Positions 20,719 through 29,652 of a stretch of 64,000 nucleotides of DNA are shown here, in pieces. The stretch is from Rubripirellula sp. (GTDB taxonomy: Bacteria > Planctomycetota > Planctomycetia > Pirellulales > Pirellulaceae). The notes under the pieces were generated by a model that saw only the letters and a list, made by a program, of their open reading frames with translations, had not been told where the DNA came from and did no database searches. The first letter of the stretch is position 1, and each line of letters begins with the position of its first letter. The position numbers and the translations under genes are program-made. The DNA lies in contig OZ244207.1 of assembly GCA_965216875.1 (NCBI GenBank), positions 3,072,001-3,136,000 of the forward strand. The letters run 5' to 3'.

Positions 20719-20732
20719 CGTCACTAGTGACG
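20719..20732. promoter_or_regulatory. Perfect 14-bp palindrome in the divergent intergenic region; candidate dimeric-regulator site
   Basis: CGTCACTAGTGACG is its own reverse complement and lies in the ~800-bp gap between the exosortase operon and the divergent surface-protein genes. Confidence 0.3.
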
Positions 20733-21183
20733 CGTAATAACCGGCAATCCCCCACCATCAGAACGCGCAAACTTGACCTCCATTTCTAAGAAGCCCTTGG
20801 TGTTACGCAAAAACGGAAAGCTGGGCGAGATGGACGGCCGACACCTGCCGCATGTTGCCGAAGAAGCGAGGCAGAAGCCCGCAAATTTGAAGGATTGCCA
20901 ATCTCATCGCGTGACACCTATGAGATGCTAGGGTTCCAAGTAGAGACCACACCGCTCGTGTGTGATACCTACCCCCAAAGTGAATCGATAGGGAGCGAAC
21001 CTTCGCTAGGCGTTAAATCTTGCTGAATCACCAAGCGATTCTCGCCGAAAACAGGGATAGCTCTATAGCCGCAATCTTGTCTTGCGTCGTAGAATAGAAG
21101 TGGGTTGGTCATCTTTACACGCTCCGGAAGGTTGCCCTGACCACCCTTGACGGCAATGAAGCCTACACCCGACGGGGTTCCCG

Positions 21184-21453
21184 ATGCCCGACTTGCTTAC
21201 TACATCGATCCTGATCGTCGCTTTTCTGACGACATGCACCTGTATTGTGCTCGCTCTGATTAGCCGAGCCCCTTTGATCGAAGAGTTTGAATCTTCAGAA
21301 GGTTGCGCAATCGATCGACGAGATAGCGATCACGCAAGACCGCACTCAACAGCGGCTGCTGCACGACCAAAAGCCCGATCTGGCGGCGTGATCTTCGTAC
21401 CCCACCAACCGCAGTTGGACGCCAGCTCAAACCCAGTTCGAGCACCACGCTAG
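21184..21453 (+). CDS. Small hypothetical protein with N-terminal TM helix
   Basis: ATG start; hydrophobic segment ILIVAFLTTCTCIVLALI; no recognisable family. Confidence 0.45.
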   Translation: MPDLLTTSILIVAFLTTCTCIVLALISRAPLIEEFESSEGCAIDRRDSDHARPHSTAAAARPKARSGGVIFVPHQPQLDASSNPVRAPR

Positions 21454-21701
21454 GAAGTCCCCGCGGGAAATGGATGCTTGCCCGTTTGAGGAGTAGTAGG
21501 GGCGGAAGATCTCTCTGACGGCGCGGCTTCAAGATGCGTGTTCGGATTTACACGCCTCAACAGATGCGTGTCATCGATTTGTGATTGCCACGAGAATTCC
21601 GTGGAAACTATCTTGCCCCGCCCCCTCAGGTGAGTAGAATCGCCTCCGGATTTGCACCATTTGCTTGCGCACCCCATTTTTCCCAAACCCTGGAAACCAC
21701 T

Positions 21702-22451
21702 GTGACTCGACATCTACGAATGATTGTCGCTTCGCTCTTCCTCGTAATGGCTGGATTGACCCAGGCCAACGCTGGGATCATTCCTGGGCGAGACTTTTCC
21801 CCGGACGTAACGGCGGGCTTCGTCTCAGCACAATATGATGGTTCGGATCTCGTGGTTCTGGGATACGCATCCCAACTAGCTGAAGAAGGTGCTGGAACGA
21901 CGGGACTATTCCGCGGCGTCTACAACCCGTTGAATCTCGACCCAGACAATGTTGCCCTTCATCCCTCTGGTGACGTGGCGGTCGCTGGTGTCAACGTTCC
22001 ACACTCAATCTTTCCAATGCCTCCAATCCCACTTCAACCTGGGACGGCAGCGCTCTTTCGACTTGATGCAGCAGTCGACAGCAGTGGCAACCTGAGCGGT
22101 GGCAATCTGATTATCCACGGTGCTCGGAGCAGCGGTGATGAACGGGTCACATTGCTCAAAGCTACTTTGACACAGATTGACACTTCCGCGTTCAACTCGT
22201 CGGGTCACCTCGAGTTCCTTGCGAACGTAACGCAGACCCATGTGTCGATGCCCGACTTTGGTTCGGTGGTTGGTGTGAAGATCAACAGCTTGAATTCCGG
22301 ACTGAGCTTCGGACAGACATTCACATCGATCAACATGGCATCCGCCAACATCGGTCGCCCTGTTCCTGAACCATCTTCCATCTTTGCGATGGGTGCGACT
22401 CTCTTGGTTGGCGTTTGTGCGATTCGCAAACGCAAGAAGGCGGCTGCTTAA
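21702..22451 (+). CDS. PEP-CTERM sorting-domain surface protein
   Basis: Signal peptide ending ...TQANA; C-terminus VPEPSSIFAMGATLLVGVCAIRKRKKAAA (PEP motif, TM helix, basic tail). Start at GTG 21702 or ATG 21720. Confidence 0.92.
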   Translation: MTRHLRMIVASLFLVMAGLTQANAGIIPGRDFSPDVTAGFVSAQYDGSDLVVLGYASQLAEEGAGTTGLFRGVYNPLNLDPDNVALHPSGDVAVAGVNVPHSIFPMPPIPLQPGTAALFRLDAAVDSSGNLSGGNLIIHGARSSGDERVTLLKATLTQIDTSAFNSSGHLEFLANVTQTHVSMPDFGSVVGVKINSLNSGLSFGQTFTSINMASANIGRPVPEPSSIFAMGATLLVGVCAIRKRKKAAA

Positions 22452-22841
22452 ACACGGCTCACCTAGCGACCATCTGTTCACCTTCTTTGTGGTGACTTGC
22501 AACACCTTTGTCGCAAAAATTCTTTCGATCACTGGGGCAACGTTGTTCGCTTTATGTGGACAGTAACTATCCTAGGCACCCGGTTGAGGTACTTGGCGGC
22601 TTTCCGCAACGGTTTGCGCTAACAGCAATAAGCATCCTTTTGTTGCGAGCGTCAATGCGCCGAAGCGGTCGTCGCAAAGTCTGAGTCCAGCCAACTGTGG
22701 CAAGCGTTATTCATGCAAGTTCGTTCAACGATTTTGTACATCGGGCACATTCATTTTCATGCCACAAAGTGTTGGACCATCGAGTCATCATCACTTTGAT
22801 TATCCCTCCTTCTTTTGGGACCCAACGAAGGTCAATTTTCA

Positions 22842-25800
22842 ATGTCACAATCAAACACATCTCGTTTCTTGGGACTTGGTCGATCCGATCGTAAAAAGAT
22901 GAAGGATCGCATCACCACCAAGTCGCTTCGACGACGACGCGCTCGTGTCGAGCAACTTGAAGACCGACGGGTCCTTGCTTTGCTGGGTGTCCAACCTGGC
23001 TTTCCAGCACTCTTTGCTAACAGCACCGGCAACGTCTCGTACGATTCGGTCAACGAAGACTTTGTTGCGGTCGCTGACCCACTGATCTTCCAGGAAACCG
23101 CCGTCGCCTTCCCGACCTTCCTGCAAGCTCCCAAATCGTTCAGCCTGAACATCAAGGTCGACAACACGGGCACTTTGATTGGCGGCACTGCTGGCCATGA
23201 CCTCATTATCGAGGGCGCCGTTGACATCGACTTCGATAACATTCCCGATGCAACGGGAACACTGCTTACGGGCGAGATCACCGGTTTCGGCTTCGAAGAC
23301 TCGGGACCAGGATCGACAACCGACACTTATGATTTTCGATTCACCGTGACTGGCGGTGCACTTTCGGTTCCCGGCACACTCTCTACAGGTGGCGTTCGCC
23401 CCGCGTACTTTGACGGGTTCGACATTGGCCTCCGCATCGACAGTGAAAACTCATCCTTTGCGGGCGACTTCACCGTCGACTTCGCTGGCGGCAACAAAGC
23501 GACTCTTGGCCCAATCGAGGCTAACCAAGAGATCAATCCTGCCATCGAGATCATCAAGTACGTCGACAAGATCATCACCACCAGCGAGATGACTGTCATC
23601 GACTTTGACGACCTGACTCCTGGTGACGTCGTCGGCGCCCAATATCCAGGCGTCACCGTCAACGCGGTCAACAACCGAACCGGATTCCAAAACGCTGCGA
23701 TGGTGTTTGACAGTGCCAACCCAACAGGTGGCGACGTCGACCTTGGCACACCCAACCAAGCTTTCGGTGGCCCAGGCATTGGAAGTGGCGGAGCAACCAA
23801 CGATGTTGCGTTGGGCAACATCTTGATCATCTCCGAAGACCAAGATGCTTCCGACCCAGATGATGAAGCGGGCGGCGGTGTCTTCACCTTCACGTTTGAT
23901 GATCCGGTCACGATTAACCATCTCGATTTGCTTGACATCGACAACAACGAAGCGGGCGGATCCGCAGTCACGGTCACAACTGCTTCGGGGACACAAACGT
24001 TCCCGATCCCAACGCTCGGAAACAACAGCTACCAACGTCTTCCGATCGGTGTCGATGATGTCCTTGAACTGACGGTCAACTTCGTTTCCAGCGGTGCCAT
24101 CACCGAACTGAAGTACACCACGACCACGGAAGAAAAACAGTGGTTCGATGCCAACACGCCAGAGGAAGCTGTTGAATTTGAATTTGGCGAAGACGTCGAA
24201 TTCTCGTATCACGTCACCAACATCGGTGACGTCCCACTGACAATCGACCAAATTGTTGATGACAACGCCACGCCCGGAAGCATCAGCGACGACTTCAATC
24301 CGATCCCGGTCGAATCGGGCGGATTCAATGTCGGCGACCTGAATCAAAATGGCATCCTGGATGTCAACGATGGCGTCAATCCTGTCGAAGAATGGATCTT
24401 CACCTTTACCATTACGCCAGATGCTCCTGGTCACTACTGCAACATTGCAACCGTCACAGGCACACCCGTTGGTGGCGGCCCATCGGTGACCGACGATGAT
24501 CCAGGCAAATACAACGTCGTCGCGCCCCCAAGCATCGACATCGAGAAGCTGACCAACGGCGTCCAAGCCGATGACCCAAGTGAAGCGGTAGAAATCGCAC
24601 CCGGCGACACCGTGACCTGGACCTACATCGTGACCAACACCGGTGGCGTCGCCTATGCACAAGCCGATGTCGTTGTCGTTGATGACAACGGAACGCCAGG
24701 CGACACAAGCGACGATTTCAGCCCAACCTTCATTGGCCCAGACGCGGGCAACGATGGCATCTTGTCACCAGGTGAAGTTTGGCAATACGAAGCAACCGCG
24801 ATCGCGGACACTCTCACCACGCCCGGCCAATCGAGCACACTGTTCCTCGACGGCAACAGTTCGCTTGACGGTCCTGACGGAAACATCCGCACTTACACCG
24901 TTGACGGAGTCTCCGTGAACGCGAGTGCATTCAGTCGTGACAGCAACGGGAACTGGAGTGAAGCGTTCCTGGGTGCCTTCTCAGGTGGCCTTGGCGTCAC
25001 TGACTCGAGCGAAGGCAACGGCGGCAATGGCACGCATCGCGTCGACAATGTTGGACGTGACAACTACGTGCTGTTCGAATTCTCGAATGATGTCGTCGTT
25101 GACTCCGCTTTCCTTGACAGCGTGGTCGGAGACAGCGACCTGTCAATTTGGATCGGTACCATTCCAGGCGCATTTGGGAACCATCAAACGCTTTCCGATG
25201 CGTTGCTGAATGGTCTTGCACTGAACGAAGTCGACAACACGACCAGCAGTGGTTCGCGATTTGCCAACTTCAATGCCGGCGGTGCCGCTGGCAACATCTT
25301 GGTGCTTGCAGCTTCGACGGCTGACACCACTCCGGATGACAAGTTCAAGATCCGAAAGGTCAAGTTCAAACAACAATCGCCTGGCATCTACGGCAATGTT
25401 GGATCGGTCGATACAGGCGATGCGTCCGATTCGGATCCGAGCCACTACGTCAACCCCGTACCAGCGCCATCGGCCAAGCTCGGCGATTTCGTTTGGAATG
25501 ACACCGACCGCGACGGTAAGCAAGACGCAGGCGAAGACGGCATCGCGGGCGTCACGGTCCGCTTGCTTGACAGCGCTGGAAATGAACTTGCGACCACCGT
25601 GACGGCTGCAGACGGCAGCTACATGTTTGCTGGATTGGACGCGGGTGACTACAAGCTCGATTTCGTCGCTCCAGCCGATTTTGTCTTCTCACCCAAGGGC
25701 GCTGGCTCGAACGATGCGATCGACAGCAACGCTAACAGCGATGGGCTAACGGATGTCATCTCGCTAGCGGCTCATCAGATCAACAACTCCATTGACGCTG

Positions 25801-26699
25801 GCCTGTACGAATCCGCCGTTGACTTTATGTTCGAAGCGGAAGACTACGAATGGAAAGACAGCCCTTGGAAGGTTTACGGTTCCTCGAGTGCATCCGGTGG
25901 CAAGTTCATCAAAGCCCCGAACGGAACAGGTTCACATTACAACTCGCCACCCCATGGCAAGAAAGTGATGTACCAGTTCAACGTCGACCATGCCGGCAAC
26001 TACGAAATCTCGGGATTGGTCAAAGCCAAGAATTCGAAAGACAACTCGGTTTGGATCAAAGTTGACAACAACCCTTGGGTCCAATGGCACATGGACGTTA
26101 CTGGCAATAGCTTCCAGTGGCAGAACGTGACCGATGGCTGGAACAAAGACGCAACCGCGTTCCACCTCGATGCAGGTAGTCACACCATGCAATTGAAGGT
26201 TCGCGAGGACGGCACAAAGTTGGACAAGTTCATGTTCAGCAAGCTCGCGGAAACCACAGTCGTGATTGACGCGACAGCGTTCGAATCTTCGGATTCAGCT
26301 TGGCAGGTCGAAGTCGATGACGACGGCAACGAGTTCCTCATTGCTGCTCATGGCACGCATTACTCGGCACCACCCGCCGGCAGTGAACTGACCTTCTCGT
26401 TCAACATCGACCAAGCTGGCCAATTCCAGATGCACGCTCTGGTCAGTGCGCTCGATGGTGGCTCGAACTCATTCTGGGTCGCCGTTGATGACGGCGAGTG
26501 GGTCCAGTGGCACTTGAGTGTGACCAACGGCGAATGGGCATGGCAAACGGTGACCGACGGAACGTCACACCAACAAGTGACGTTCGATCTTTCTGAGGGT
26601 GAACACACGTTGCGAATCAAAGTTCGCGAAGACGGCACTCAGCTAGACAAGATCGTGATCACCAACGACGCCGACATTGACTTGTCGCTCTACGAATAG
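22842..26699 (+). CDS. Giant planctomycete extracellular protein: Planctomycete-extracellular N-motif, DUF11/DUF7507-like repeats, SdrD B-like domain, two C-terminal CBM-like jelly-roll domains
   Basis: RRRARVEQLEDRRVLA; two GDTVTWTYIVTN.G-type modules; LGDFVWNDTDRDGKQDAGEDGIAGVTVRLLD...IDAGL (SdrD_B); twin domains ending KVREDGT.LDK. Confidence 0.85.
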   Translation: MSQSNTSRFLGLGRSDRKKMKDRITTKSLRRRRARVEQLEDRRVLALLGVQPGFPALFANSTGNVSYDSVNEDFVAVADPLIFQETAVAFPTFLQAPKSFSLNIKVDNTGTLIGGTAGHDLIIEGAVDIDFDNIPDATGTLLTGEITGFGFEDSGPGSTTDTYDFRFTVTGGALSVPGTLSTGGVRPAYFDGFDIGLRIDSENSSFAGDFTVDFAGGNKATLGPIEANQEINPAIEIIKYVDKIITTSEMTVIDFDDLTPGDVVGAQYPGVTVNAVNNRTGFQNAAMVFDSANPTGGDVDLGTPNQAFGGPGIGSGGATNDVALGNILIISEDQDASDPDDEAGGGVFTFTFDDPVTINHLDLLDIDNNEAGGSAVTVTTASGTQTFPIPTLGNNSYQRLPIGVDDVLELTVNFVSSGAITELKYTTTTEEKQWFDANTPEEAVEFEFGEDVEFSYHVTNIGDVPLTIDQIVDDNATPGSISDDFNPIPVESGGFNVGDLNQNGILDVNDGVNPVEEWIFTFTITPDAPGHYCNIATVTGTPVGGGPSVTDDDPGKYNVVAPPSIDIEKLTNGVQADDPSEAVEIAPGDTVTWTYIVTNTGGVAYAQADVVVVDDNGTPGDTSDDFSPTFIGPDAGNDGILSPGEVWQYEATAIADTLTTPGQSSTLFLDGNSSLDGPDGNIRTYTVDGVSVNASAFSRDSNGNWSEAFLGAFSGGLGVTDSSEGNGGNGTHRVDNVGRDNYVLFEFSNDVVVDSAFLDSVVGDSDLSIWIGTIPGAFGNHQTLSDALLNGLALNEVDNTTSSGSRFANFNAGGAAGNILVLAASTADTTPDDKFKIRKVKFKQQSPGIYGNVGSVDTGDASDSDPSHYVNPVPAPSAKLGDFVWNDTDRDGKQDAGEDGIAGVTVRLLDSAGNELATTVTAADGSYMFAGLDAGDYKLDFVAPADFVFSPKGAGSNDAIDSNANSDGLTDVISLAAHQINNSIDAGLYESAVDFMFEAEDYEWKDSPWKVYGSSSASGGKFIKAPNGTGSHYNSPPHGKKVMYQFNVDHAGNYEISGLVKAKNSKDNSVWIKVDNNPWVQWHMDVTGNSFQWQNVTDGWNKDATAFHLDAGSHTMQLKVREDGTKLDKFMFSKLAETTVVIDATAFESSDSAWQVEVDDDGNEFLIAAHGTHYSAPPAGSELTFSFNIDQAGQFQMHALVSALDGGSNSFWVAVDDGEWVQWHLSVTNGEWAWQTVTDGTSHQQVTFDLSEGEHTLRIKVREDGTQLDKIVITNDADIDLSLYE

Positions 26700-26709
26700 T
26701 CGCCAAGCC

Positions 26710-27480
26710 CTAACTGGTCAGCGCGCCGGTTACTACAGCCCAGTTGTAGTAGCCGGCGATCCCGGCCATCGAGCCGATCTGGTTGTCGCGTTCAAGCACT
26801 TCTCGGAAGTGCTGACGTGTGTCGCTATCCCAACGATAGGGACGCAGTTCTTTCTGTGAATAGAGGTCGGCAAAGTACTGGTCGTACAGGTCCGTTCCCT
26901 CGTGCTCTTCAAAGCTAATGTACAGCGCGACGGCCGGGTTGCCGTTGGCGTACGGACACTCTGTCAGCTCGCCGATTTGGCGAAAGCCCAAAACGCGTTT
27001 GTAGAGTTTTGCGTGTTTGGGGTGTGTCGCAGCAACAAGTGCGTCGATGCCGCGAACAAACGCCACCTGTGCCATCAGTCGCCCCATCTCGGCAAAGGTC
27101 TTGATGAACCGAACTTGGGAAGTTCGTCGGTCGGCCAGCCCGCCAATCTCGCCAAGCCGCAATCCGCGGCTCCGCAATTCACCGATCTCCTTTGGATACA
27201 TCGTCTGCATCGGCAGGCCAAGGTAGCCGTCACCAAAAAGGGTCAGCGTTGAAGTGACCTGTTCGCGCAGCTTTGCCACGATCACTTCGGTGGTCGGCAA
27301 CAAATGGTAAGGCGTGAGTCGAATGCCACTTGGTTTTTCGTTGACCAGACCGGCGTCGTAGTACGATTCAAAAGCAAGGCGAAAGGCGTCCGTGAGATCC
27401 TCGCGAGAGCGCGCAAGCGAATACACTTGCTGACTGCTCTTCGTCGACGCATCGCTAGGCGCTGCGAATGCATTGATCAT
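26710..27480 (-). CDS. N-acyl amino acid synthase (FeeM-like) GNAT acyltransferase
   Basis: AFRL.FESY...GL, STLTLFGDG.LGLPMQTMY, LGEIGGLA, ATHPKHAKLYKRVLGF, C.YANGNPAV resemble FeeM-domain proteins; next to a PEP-CTERM/exosortase locus. Confidence 0.7.
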   Translation of the reverse strand: MINAFAAPSDASTKSSQQVYSLARSREDLTDAFRLAFESYYDAGLVNEKPSGIRLTPYHLLPTTEVIVAKLREQVTSTLTLFGDGYLGLPMQTMYPKEIGELRSRGLRLGEIGGLADRRTSQVRFIKTFAEMGRLMAQVAFVRGIDALVAATHPKHAKLYKRVLGFRQIGELTECPYANGNPAVALYISFEEHEGTDLYDQYFADLYSQKELRPYRWDSDTRQHFREVLERDNQIGSMAGIAGYYNWAVVTGALTS

Positions 27481-27791
27481 TTGGGGGAATCTCGTTCATA
27501 AGCTCGAAAAGTGTTTCCCATCGCGCGGGGCAAACGCGACATTCGGTGACAAGGGTCCCCCCGGAAACACTTGGTCTATCTCGAACTTAGGTCACGCACG
27601 CCAAGTGGTTTTGAAGTTCAAGCGGCGATGACGACGAATGGCCTTAATGTGTAACGATGGCACCGAAGCTGACGGTTGTTCAGGTTATTCAAGCATTCCC
27701 TGCGGAATGTCGCGTACTTACCGCTACGCGCGACCCACCGTCGCTAAGCTGAATAGAATAGGTGCGGGCACGACCGCCTCTCTTATTCGTC

Positions 27792-28856
27792 ATGACAACG
27801 CAATCTCAAGAACAATTTGAACCCTGGCAAGCTCCGCCCTGTCGCATTCGGATCATTGATGATGCCGAGGACAGATGGGTCGAACTTGAGCGACCCTATG
27901 CGCTCATTGGTTCCCATCGTTGTTGTGATATCCAAATTGGTGGTAGCAGCAGTATTCCGCCGGTCGCCTATTTCGTCTGCTGCCTCCCTGATAGTGTTGA
28001 AGTATGGCCCACTGCTGCAATCGCGTTTCCACGTTGGGGTGCGATCCGTCCCGACGTCGAACTGCTGGTCGGTCAAAGTCGAATCACGGTCCACCACCCC
28101 AACGTTGACCTGAACAACACCGCTCAACTTCCGTTCCTTTCCGATTCCATCATTGACACATCGATGACTTGGCCCGGCAAGAGCATCACCAAGTCGTTTC
28201 GTCGTCCCGTAACGATCGTCGGCGACACGCATCCCAGTGTGCTTCGCCTACACGGACGCGGTATGCACAAATGTCATTTCGCCGCAGTGACGTCGGGCGA
28301 GACGCTTTGGATGGTCAACATTTCGCCCACCAATCTCACCCACGAACAACGCGTTCGCTCACTAACACAGGCTGGCGATTCAACACGGTGCGGCGATGTG
28401 GTCGTTGAATTCATCGAGGCTCGACGCCGCGGAGGCGGCGAACGAAGCGAATCGTCGACACATGCACTTCAGCCGCTGCATCCCCAGTTGAATTCGACGG
28501 AGCCCAAGGGGCAAAAGGCTGCAAAAACCAAGAAAAAGCGTCGTCCAAAAGAAAAAAACCAGGACGAGGCAATGGAGCCTGAGAAGCCCAGCAACGAAGG
28601 CCCTCAACGCAAAGCCGTCGATCCTGCTGTGCTCGCTGCCGCATCCCAACCAGCATTGCCCAATGAAGACCCCGATGCGTTCCCGGATGTTCAAGAGGGC
28701 GACCTTGGTCTGACCGACCGCATGGTCTCGATGGAGAATTCAAAGCGAGGCAATCTGCGAATGATCAAACTAACCATCCTGTCGGCCGCCTTTTCCGTCG
28801 CAGGACTTCTCTGGGTGATCCTGCTCGTAAAGATGTACACCGACTGGTTCTCTTAG
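27792..28856 (+). CDS. FHA-like domain protein with low-complexity linker and C-terminal TM anchor
   Basis: PYALIGSHRCCDIQI and VTIVGD...LRL...H resemble two degenerate FHA folds; Lys/Glu/Pro-rich linker; C-terminal hydrophobic helix. Confidence 0.55.
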   Translation: MTTQSQEQFEPWQAPPCRIRIIDDAEDRWVELERPYALIGSHRCCDIQIGGSSSIPPVAYFVCCLPDSVEVWPTAAIAFPRWGAIRPDVELLVGQSRITVHHPNVDLNNTAQLPFLSDSIIDTSMTWPGKSITKSFRRPVTIVGDTHPSVLRLHGRGMHKCHFAAVTSGETLWMVNISPTNLTHEQRVRSLTQAGDSTRCGDVVVEFIEARRRGGGERSESSTHALQPLHPQLNSTEPKGQKAAKTKKKRRPKEKNQDEAMEPEKPSNEGPQRKAVDPAVLAAASQPALPNEDPDAFPDVQEGDLGLTDRMVSMENSKRGNLRMIKLTILSAAFSVAGLLWVILLVKMYTDWFS

Positions 28857-28896
28857 GCGGTTACTCGCCAACCATCCATCGAGATTCGGTCGCGAC

Positions 28897-29355
28897 TCAA
28901 AAGACGTTCTGTTGTTGTTCGAGCTTATGTACGCGACGCTCGAGCAACTCGATTTTCGCTGAGAGTCTAAGTATCAACTGGCGGAGGTCTTTGTCGTTCA
29001 TCTCCGGCACGGCCTCGGCAAGCGTCCGTCCGCCAAGGGCCTTCGATTCCTCCTTCGACAGCGGCGACCAAGCTTCGATCTGTTCTTTTACATCCAAGAT
29101 CTGGGCTTGCACCTCCGGTAGCGTCGGGTGTTTCGGTCCCATGCTCGCTTCCGTCCGTCGCAAATTCTTCAGCTCCTCGACAAGTTGTCGGCCACGTTCG
29201 GTCAACAGGGTTGCCCTAGGAACAACGTCACCGCTGCGCAAACGAATGGACTCCGAGCCGCCTCTCGTTCCCGATTGCCCGATTGCCACCGACGCTGCGA
29301 GTGCGATTGAAGTAACGCCAACAACAGATGTCAAGATAAGAGCACGGTAGCTCAC
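28897..29355 (-). CDS. Secreted hypothetical coiled-coil protein
   Basis: Signal-peptide-like N-terminus (GTG start, upstream AGGAG); helical segments including MGPKHPTLPEVQAQI and LSAKIELLERRVHKLE. Confidence 0.65.
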   Translation of the reverse strand: MSYRALILTSVVGVTSIALAASVAIGQSGTRGGSESIRLRSGDVVPRATLLTERGRQLVEELKNLRRTEASMGPKHPTLPEVQAQILDVKEQIEAWSPLSKEESKALGGRTLAEAVPEMNDKDLRQLILRLSAKIELLERRVHKLEQQQNVF

Positions 29356-29652
29356 GAGACGACTCCTCTAGATACAGCACGGATCAAACTTCGGTTCACA
29401 TTATACGGGCTTGAACGATCCTAGCACCGCTCGGTTACCGAAACGATTTGACGTCACTGCACCAATGACGCCCTCTCGGAGGATTGATTGTCCGCACAAT
29501 CGTTTTCAAGCGAAACCAACGGCCTAGAAACCACTGTTGTTACCCGCATAGTGGGGCGCGTCACCCGGCGCCGCGCGAATTGCAGTCGTAGGCTTTAGGT
29601 GACAGATTCCGATCGTGCGCACAGGAGGCCTGCTTTTCGGCGGCAATGGAAC

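Noticed and set aside
20377..20724. 115-aa and 96-aa ORFs upstream of the exosortase
   Set aside because: No motifs or clear RBS; the region looks like promoter DNA.
22560..22720. Sigma-54 promoter upstream of the giant surface protein
   Set aside because: Candidates such as TGGCGGCTTTCCGCA and TGGCAAGCGTTATTC have the wrong GG-to-GC spacing or lack the -12 GC.
23327..24662. Long antisense ORFs (232 and 403 aa) and similar ones opposite uvrA, the kinase and the oxidoreductase
   Set aside because: These are the expected stop-poor antisense frames of strongly codon-biased genes and show no independent motifs.
26710..27480. LuxI-type AHL synthase
   Set aside because: It lacks the LuxI R..F...W and E.D..D N-terminal motifs and has no adjacent luxR; it fits FeeM-like proteins better.
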